A program made the position numbers and the translations under genes. From Gammaproteobacteria bacterium (lineage in GTDB: Bacteria > Pseudomonadota > Gammaproteobacteria > Steroidobacterales > UBA11654): a stretch of 64,000 nucleotides of DNA. Location of the stretch: contig JAQWSZ010000049.1 in NCBI GenBank assembly GCA_029242945.1, forward strand, positions 6,320 to 70,319. Direction: 5' to 3'. Under the pieces are notes generated by a model. The model saw only the letters and a program-made list of their open reading frames with translations. It was not told the DNA's origin and searched no databases. Positions 58,714-64,000 of the stretch are shown piece after piece (the stretch's first letter is position 1; every line of letters starts with the position of its first letter).

Positions 58714-59648
58714 AATAATGAAGTCCTTTCTGCAACTCTAAGTACAGCACTTCTAGCTCTTGGATTGTGAATTATTTCAGATTCTGTAGGTTTAATCTTT
58801 TTAGCAATTACTTTAAGCATGCTAGTATCCTGCATATTAGGTAATTTTGCTAAATTTGGATCAATTCTTGAATTGTCTCTAAAAAAACGTTTCACTATTC
58901 TATCTTCCAATGAATGAAAGCTTATTATGCAAAGCCTGCCTTTTGGATTAAGCAGTTCTAAACTATTATCTAAAAATAATTTAAGCTCTTCTAATTCATT
59001 ATTAATAAAAATTCTTATACCTTGAAATGTTTTTGTAGCGGGATGTTTTTTATTTTTATAAGCAGTATTCTTTTTCACATCAGTAATAATTTCAGCAAGT
59101 TTTTCAGTTGTTTCGATTAATTTTTTCTTTCTTTTTTTCACTATCTCTTTAGCAATCTTTCTAGAAGAACTTTCCTCGCCAAATCGCCATATAACATTAG
59201 CGATTTCATTTTCTGGAGCAGTATTAATCCAGTCTTTTGCTATTAGATTCTGTTGTTGATCCATACGCATATCTAATTTTCCATTTCTCATAAAACTAAA
59301 CCCACGCTCAGAATTATCTAACTGAAAAGATGACATTCCAAGATCAGCAATTATTCCATCAAACTTGAATTCAATATTTTCTTTCTTTAAAGCCTGACAT
59401 ATTTGACTAAAATTGGATTTAATAATATTTATATTGGGATTTTCAGAGAATCTATTGTTTAAATAATTGATGGAATCTTGATCTCTGTCAGATGAAATTA
59501 ACCTCCCTTCATGACTAATAATATCCAGTATTCCTGATGAATGGCCCCCAAAACCAGCAGTCACATCAAGATAATTACCTGAATAATTGTCTATAAGGTT
59601 AGTTAAAGATTCTTCTAATAAAACAGGCTCATGAATGATATTGGACAT
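58710..59648 (-). CDS. rsmH: 16S rRNA (cytosine1402-N4)-methyltransferase
   Basis: HEPVLLEE, DVTAGFGGHS, DLGMSSFQLD and SFHSLEDRIVK blocks. Confidence 0.95.
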   Translation of the reverse strand: MSNIIHEPVLLEESLTNLIDNYSGNYLDVTAGFGGHSSGILDIISHEGRLISSDRDQDSINYLNNRFSENPNINIIKSNFSQICQALKKENIEFKFDGIIADLGMSSFQLDNSERGFSFMRNGKLDMRMDQQQNLIAKDWINTAPENEIANVIWRFGEESSSRKIAKEIVKKRKKKLIETTEKLAEIITDVKKNTAYKNKKHPATKTFQGIRIFINNELEELKLFLDNSLELLNPKGRLCIISFHSLEDRIVKRFFRDNSRIDPNLAKLPNMQDTSMLKVIAKKIKPTESEIIHNPRARSAVLRVAERTSLL

Positions 59649-59666
59649 TACTAACTACAAAACAAA

Positions 59667-60800
59667 TTAATCATCCTTTCTTTTTAGATACTCTGGTACA
59701 TTAAATAGTATTGAATCCTTATCATGGATAGGATTCACTTCTTGATCCTTAAATAGATCTTGTGTCTCTACTAATGGTTTCCTTTGTGTTATGGGGTTAT
59801 CGTAATTTCTAAAATTTGTTTTTTGATTTTCTGGTCTTTCGCCTAAACCAGTAGCAACAATTGTAACTCTTATAGAGTCTGACATAGACTCATCAACTGA
59901 AGTACCCACTATAACTTTTGCCTCATCTGAGGCATAACTTCTAACAATATTTCCAATTTCATTAAATTCTGATATTGCAAGATCATTGCCAAAAGTAACA
60001 TTTAAGAGTATGCCTTCAGCACCTTCTAAATTAGTATCTTCAAGCAATGGGCTATTGATGGCTTCCTCTATGGCTTTTTTAGCTCTATCAGGCCCAATTG
60101 CAATTGCAGATCCCATGATTCCTCTACCTTTATTTAGCATTACCGCTCTGACATCAGCAAAATCCAAATTAATTTTTCCAGGCACGGTAATAAGTTCAAC
60201 TATCCCCTGAACTGAATTCAGCAGAATATCATCGGCTGCCTCAAAGGCATTAATCATGCTTATTGTTTTTCCTAATTCCTGTAATTTATCATTGGGAACA
60301 ATAATTAAAGAATCTACATTTTTCTCCAACTCTTCTATACCATTTTCTGCATACTCAGATCTTAAGGCTCCTTCAAAATAAAAAGGTCTTGTTACGACTG
60401 CAACAGTCAATATATTCATATCTTTAGCAATTTTTGCAATAACAGGACTGGCTCCTGTTCCTGTACCTCCACCAAAACCTGCTGTAATAAAAAGCATATC
60501 AGCACCGTCAATAGCATTTTCGATATCTTTTCTACTTTCTTCAGCTGATGATCTTCCAACATTTGGATCCATACCAGCCCCTAAACCTTTTGTTGTTTCT
60601 ATGCCAATTTGTATTTTTGTTTCAACATTGGACTTACTTAAATCTTGAGCATCTGTGTTTGCACAAAGAAAATCTACTCCTTGAATACCATGATTAACCA
60701 TATGAGAAACTGCATTGCCTCCACTTCCACCAACTCCTATAACTTTTATATTTGCCTTTTGGCTTTCTGTGTCCATTAATTCAAAGGCAAATTCACTCAT
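59667..60800 (-). CDS. ftsZ: Cell division GTPase FtsZ, in a non-canonical position between mraZ and rsmH
   Basis: IKVIGVGGSGGNAV, tubulin signature GFGGGTGTGASPV, NDKL, and the C-terminal peptide VPEYLKRKDD. Full length at 377 aa. Confidence 0.95.
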   Translation of the reverse strand: MSEFAFELMDTESQKANIKVIGVGGSGGNAVSHMVNHGIQGVDFLCANTDAQDLSKSNVETKIQIGIETTKGLGAGMDPNVGRSSAEESRKDIENAIDGADMLFITAGFGGGTGTGASPVIAKIAKDMNILTVAVVTRPFYFEGALRSEYAENGIEELEKNVDSLIIVPNDKLQELGKTISMINAFEAADDILLNSVQGIVELITVPGKINLDFADVRAVMLNKGRGIMGSAIAIGPDRAKKAIEEAINSPLLEDTNLEGAEGILLNVTFGNDLAISEFNEIGNIVRSYASDEAKVIVGTSVDESMSDSIRVTIVATGLGERPENQKTNFRNYDNPITQRKPLVETQDLFKDQEVNPIHDKDSILFNVPEYLKRKDD

Positions 60801-60817
60801 TGATACTCTCCATTATC

Positions 60818-61267
60818 CTAAATTGATAAATCATTAAATTCTTTAGGTAGTTTAATTTCTTTACTCATTAGCCATTCATCTCTCAATGAACACCATTTTT
60901 TGTAATTCCATAACTCAAATTTATTACCTTGTCCCACAAACATAGCCTCTTTCTCTAAAGTAGCAAAATCTCTTAATTCTCTAGGTATTAAAATCCTTGA
61001 GCTTGAATCAATCTCTATTTCTACTGCATGCCCGATCAGAAGTCTTTGCAAATTTCTAGAAGCTCTATCTAATGAGGGCAATTCCAAAATATTTTTTTCA
61101 ATTTTTTCCCAATTCTTATATGGATAAAGTAATAAACAATTATCTACATCTATAGTGCATATCAATCTTTTTATTACTTTCTTTGTCAAAATCTCCCTAT
61201 AATTCGAAGGGATAGAAATTCTACCCTTGGAATCAAGATTTATTTTATTTAAGCCACGAAAAACCAT
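60818..61267 (-). CDS. mraZ: Transcriptional regulator MraZ
   Basis: MVFRGLNKINLDSKGRISIP matches the MraZ N-terminus. I place the start at ATG 61267, not 61309, because the 14 extra codons would run through the promoter and operator repeats. Confidence 0.9.
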   Translation of the reverse strand: MVFRGLNKINLDSKGRISIPSNYREILTKKVIKRLICTIDVDNCLLLYPYKNWEKIEKNILELPSLDRASRNLQRLLIGHAVEIEIDSSSRILIPRELRDFATLEKEAMFVGQGNKFELWNYKKWCSLRDEWLMSKEIKLPKEFNDLSI

Positions 61268-61294
61268 ATTTATTAATAGGATCAAGATGTTTAT

Positions 61295-61319
61295 CCCACT
61301 TTTTACCACTTAACAACAC
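61295..61319 (-). promoter_or_regulatory. Putative MraZ operator: three direct pentamer repeats at exact 10-bp spacing
   Basis: Minus strand reads GTGTT-gttaa-GTGGT-aaaaa-GTGGG (plus-strand aacac 61315-19, accac 61305-09, cccac 61295-99). It lies directly downstream of the -10 element. The layout matches the GTGGG-type direct repeats reported for E. coli MraZ. Confidence 0.5.
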
Positions 61320-61345
61320 TATATGTCATTGATTTATGATGTCAA
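61318..61345 (-). promoter_or_regulatory. Putative sigma70 promoter of the mraZ/dcw operon (Pmra)
   Basis: Minus strand reads TTGACA (61345-61340), a 16-nt spacer, then TATAGT (61323-61318). This is about 50 nt upstream of the mraZ ATG. Confidence 0.55.
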
Positions 61346-61380
61346 TTAAAAGATGGTAAAAAAGATATTAATATTAAAGA

Positions 61381-61718
61381 AAATGGAGTTGACCGGTAAG
61401 CCGGGTTCTGTCATGGACAATCATTCATCTGGGATACTTGTCACCAAGTACCTCTAGCAACTTACCCTGGAGTGATTACGGGAAATCATTACTCCTATAT
61501 TTAGTCTTGCTCTCGATGGGGTTTACAAAGCCATAAATGTTACCATTTATGCGGTGCGCTCTTACCACACCTTTTCACCCTTACTTTACATTAAAGCGGT
61601 TTATTTTCTGATGCACTTTCCATAGGCTCACGCCTTCCAGGTATTACCTGGCATCGTACCCGTTAGAGCCCGGACTTTCCTCCCAATAAACATTGGGCGA
61701 TTGTCTGGTCAACTCCAC
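61381..61718 (-). ncRNA. rnpB: RNase P RNA, bacterial type A
   Basis: On the minus strand: 5' GGAGTTGACCAGACAATCGCC ... GGGAGGAAAGTCCGGGCTC (plus-strand 61666-61683) ... GGTAAGAGCGCACC ... ACAGAACCCGGCTTACCGGTCAACTCC 3' (plus-strand 61385-61411). These are the universally conserved P4 strands, and the ends pair as P1. No ORF is present. GC content is locally raised. The ends are good to within about 5 nt. Confidence 0.93.
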
Positions 61719-61755
61719 GTGCGATTATTCAATAATCATCAACAAAATACAAGCT

Positions 61756-62589
61756 TCATATTTTTAACTCTAAAGCTCGCTTATATATTTTATTTTTATT
61801 ATAGCCTGTGGATATGGAGCATATTTTTACTGCAACCTTAACTGAGACTATAGGTAATAACTCCTTAAGAATGCTATCAATTTTCTCAGTATTATTAATT
61901 TCAGAAGATTTTTTACCATTTAAAATTACAGTAAACTCACCCTTTATTTTAGATGGATTTTCCATTAAAAATACTCTAATCTCTTCAAGGTTAACCCCTA
62001 TCAGCTCTTCATGTAATTTTGTTATCTCTTTGCATAAAACAGCAATATGCTTTTTACCAAAAACTTCAATCATGTCATTAATTGATGAACTTAATCTATG
62101 AACTGATTCATATACAATGATTGTCTCTTCTTTTTTGACTAATTTTTTGAGAACATCAAGGCGTTTATTTTTAGTTTTAGGTAAAAAGCCATAAAAATAG
62201 AATCTATCCGTGGGAATACCTGATACTGACAAAGCAGCAATAGCAGCCGAACAGCCAGGGATAGGTATCACTCTTAATGCTTCTTTTTTAGCCTGTTTAA
62301 CTAACTGAAATCCTGGATCACTAATCAAAGGTGTTCCTGCATCAGAGATAAGTGCAATATTCTTACCTTCTAATAAATGTTTTAATACGATAGGAATTTT
62401 TTTTAACTCATTGTGCTCATTAAGTGACTGAAGATTAGCTTTTATGCCAAGATGTTTTAATAATTTTTTAGCAACCCTTGTGTCTTCAGCAAGAATAAAG
62501 TCAATATTTTGGAGTGTTTGAATTGCTCTTAGAGTAATGTCATCCAGATTACCAATAGGTGTAGAGACTATAAATAATTCTCCTTTCAC
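61756..62589 (-). CDS. rsmI: 16S rRNA (cytidine1402-2'-O)-methyltransferase
   Basis: LFIVSTPIGNLDDITLRA, AEDTR and SDAGTPLISDPG blocks. rsmI-rnpB-mraZ order as in Pseudomonas. Confidence 0.92.
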   Translation of the reverse strand: MKGELFIVSTPIGNLDDITLRAIQTLQNIDFILAEDTRVAKKLLKHLGIKANLQSLNEHNELKKIPIVLKHLLEGKNIALISDAGTPLISDPGFQLVKQAKKEALRVIPIPGCSAAIAALSVSGIPTDRFYFYGFLPKTKNKRLDVLKKLVKKEETIIVYESVHRLSSSINDMIEVFGKKHIAVLCKEITKLHEELIGVNLEEIRVFLMENPSKIKGEFTVILNGKKSSEINNTEKIDSILKELLPIVSVKVAVKICSISTGYNKNKIYKRALELKI

Positions 62590-62617
62590 TAAGACATCTC
62601 AATGAAGTAAATAATAA

Positions 62618-63247
62618 TTATAGTTGCATTTCCTCTTCATCTTCACTAAGGCTTTCTTTGAAAGTGTCTCTCAAAAATACCCTTTCAGAATACTCATGTA
62701 TACTTTTATGATCATTAGACAATGTTATTCCAAAATAATCTAGCCTCCATAGTATAGGGGCTAAGACACAATCCACTATCGTAAAGTCATCACTAAGAAA
62801 ATATTTATTGGCATCAAACATATCAGCTGATGAGTTTAGTATTGATTTCAACTTTTTTCTTTGTGCATTTTCATTTCTTGTTCCGATAGCAAGATCCAGT
62901 TGCATGGCAGGCTCAACAATTTCTTTTTCAAGTGAAGCAAGCGCCAATCTAATTTTTGCTCTTTCTACAGGACTCACTGGCATTAAAGGGGGATGAGGAT
63001 ACCTTTCATCTAAGTATTCAATAATAACTGTTGAATCATACAAAACTAATTCTCGATCAATTAAAGTTGGTAATGTGGCAAAAGGATTTAATGCTATCAA
63101 ATCTTCAGGTACTTTTGATCCATCAATATTATTGATTTCAGTTAGTATTCCTTTCTCTGATAAAACAAATCTTACCTGATGCGAACGAATACAGGTATTA
63201 CCCGAATACAAACCCATCATAGACCTTCTATTTGAAACATTTGTCAT
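62618..63247 (-). CDS. sspA: Stringent starvation protein A (GST-like)
   Basis: RSMMGLYSG...SHQVRFVLSEKG and IIEYLDERYPHPPLMP closely follow E. coli SspA. Confidence 0.9.
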   Translation of the reverse strand: MTNVSNRRSMMGLYSGNTCIRSHQVRFVLSEKGILTEINNIDGSKVPEDLIALNPFATLPTLIDRELVLYDSTVIIEYLDERYPHPPLMPVSPVERAKIRLALASLEKEIVEPAMQLDLAIGTRNENAQRKKLKSILNSSADMFDANKYFLSDDFTIVDCVLAPILWRLDYFGITLSNDHKSIHEYSERVFLRDTFKESLSEDEEEMQL

Positions 63248-63279
63248 ACTTAACCTCTTAAAATCATTTCAATGATAAA

Positions 63280-63951
63280 CTATTTAACTTCCTTCCAGAT
63301 ATCTTTATACAGTGCAAAACTAAAAATTAGAAAAACAAATAAAAAACACATCACCCATATTCCTAAAGATTTCCTCTTTGCCTTAATTGGTTCTCCTGCA
63401 TAATCAAGAAAATTTACAATATCAAGAACGAATGAATCAAATTCTTTTTTGTTCATTTCATCTTGGAGAACCGATAGTACATTAGGCATACTTGTTCCAT
63501 CTTTAACTCTATTATTTGTTCCTGTAGGAGAACCTTTTTCAGGATAAAAAGATCTAAGAAAGTTATAGATATGTGTATTTGAATTAACTCTTGTGATCAT
63601 GGATAAATCAGGTGGAGCCTTTCCAAACCATCGATTGCCATCTTCTTCAAGCATATTGACAGAAATAACATCTTGAGGGGCTGAATCTGTAAATATGAGA
63701 TAACTATTTAATTCTTCTTCTGAAATACCAATATCTTTGGCCATTTGATTATATCTAACATATTTTAATGAATGACATCCAGCACAATAATTAAAGAAGT
63801 TTCTAGCTCCTCTTTGCAATGATTTTAAGTCTGTTACATCATTTAATGCTGGCATATAATCATCAGGCTTTTTCTCAACAGAAGCTGAGTTAGCAACACT
63901 AAATAGTGACAAAAATAGAGATATCATTATTAATTTTTTAAGTGTCTTCAT
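63280..63951 (-). CDS. petC: Cytochrome c1 subunit of ubiquinol-cytochrome c reductase
   Basis: Signal peptide, heme motif CAGCHS, PPDLS block and a C-terminal TM anchor. Precedes sspA, as in Pseudomonas-type genomes. Confidence 0.88.
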   Translation of the reverse strand: MKTLKKLIMISLFLSLFSVANSASVEKKPDDYMPALNDVTDLKSLQRGARNFFNYCAGCHSLKYVRYNQMAKDIGISEEELNSYLIFTDSAPQDVISVNMLEEDGNRWFGKAPPDLSMITRVNSNTHIYNFLRSFYPEKGSPTGTNNRVKDGTSMPNVLSVLQDEMNKKEFDSFVLDIVNFLDYAGEPIKAKRKSLGIWVMCFLFVFLIFSFALYKDIWKEVK

Positions 63952-64000
63952 TTTTTATATACAACTCTGTCTGGCACAGGTTTTGTTTTTTCTAAACGGG
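63948..64000 (-). CDS. 3' end of the upstream gene, presumably cytochrome b (petB); only about 17 codons are in the window
   Basis: The minus-strand frame is open from the window edge (...RLEKTKPVPDRVVYKK*). Its TGA overlaps the petC ATG (ATGA). Identity is inferred from petB-petC synteny only. Confidence 0.4.
   Translation of the reverse strand, partial: RLEKTKPVPDRVVYKK

Noticed and set aside
61268-61309. The 14-codon N-terminal extension of mraZ in the ORF track.
   Set aside because: MraZ proteins start M(V)FRG..., which matches the ATG at 61267. The extension would be translated through the putative operator repeats downstream of the -10 element.
1-64000. Searched by eye for CRISPR arrays, tRNA/rRNA/tmRNA genes, IS elements, integrases, phage or defence-system genes, and long direct or inverted repeats.
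   Set aside because: None was found. Intergenic regions are mostly under 130 nt. The only long non-coding stretch (61310-61755) is explained by RNase P RNA plus the mraZ promoter. The accessory half shows no mobility signature.

Overview
AT-rich, very tightly packed chromosome segment with gammaproteobacterial gene order. My guess is a streamlined marine heterotroph, which is inference only. No rRNA, tRNA, CRISPR, transposase, integrase or phage genes were seen.

Left part (1-35.6 kb): an accessory catabolic region.
- Five twin-arginine (Tat) signal proteins: three flavoenzymes and two of three paralogs of an uncharacterised protein family.
- A secreted cupin-like protein.
- CoA-thioester enzymes: acetoacetyl-CoA synthetase, a tandem-fused family III CoA-transferase and an acyl-CoA dehydrogenase.
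- An amidohydrolase, esterase, racemase-fold, RidA and luciferase-like monooxygenase set.
- Two MFS transporters, one TetR regulator, a paraoxonase-family lactonase homolog, and a Tat-signal amine oxidase next to an FG-GAP/ASPIC propeller protein.

Right part (35.6-64 kb): core genes. These are cyoE, aspS, rluD/bamD, sucCD, coaE-zapD-mutT-secA-lpxC, the dcw division/cell-wall cluster, RNase P RNA, rsmI, sspA and petC.

Most notable observations:
1. A 20-bp palindrome, TATTTATCA-NN-TGATAAATA, occurs five times in four promoter regions. It links six transcription units over about 25 kb into one putative regulon of unknown substrate.
2. Two enzymes that normally work as homo-oligomers are encoded as single-chain concatemers: RidA x3 and family III CoA-transferase x2.
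3. ftsZ is missing from its canonical ftsA-ftsZ-lpxC position and sits between mraZ and rsmH.
4. All four Mur ligase genes are absent from the dcw cluster, and murB sits where murC normally does.

All functional calls come from reading motifs in the translated ORFs. No database search was possible.
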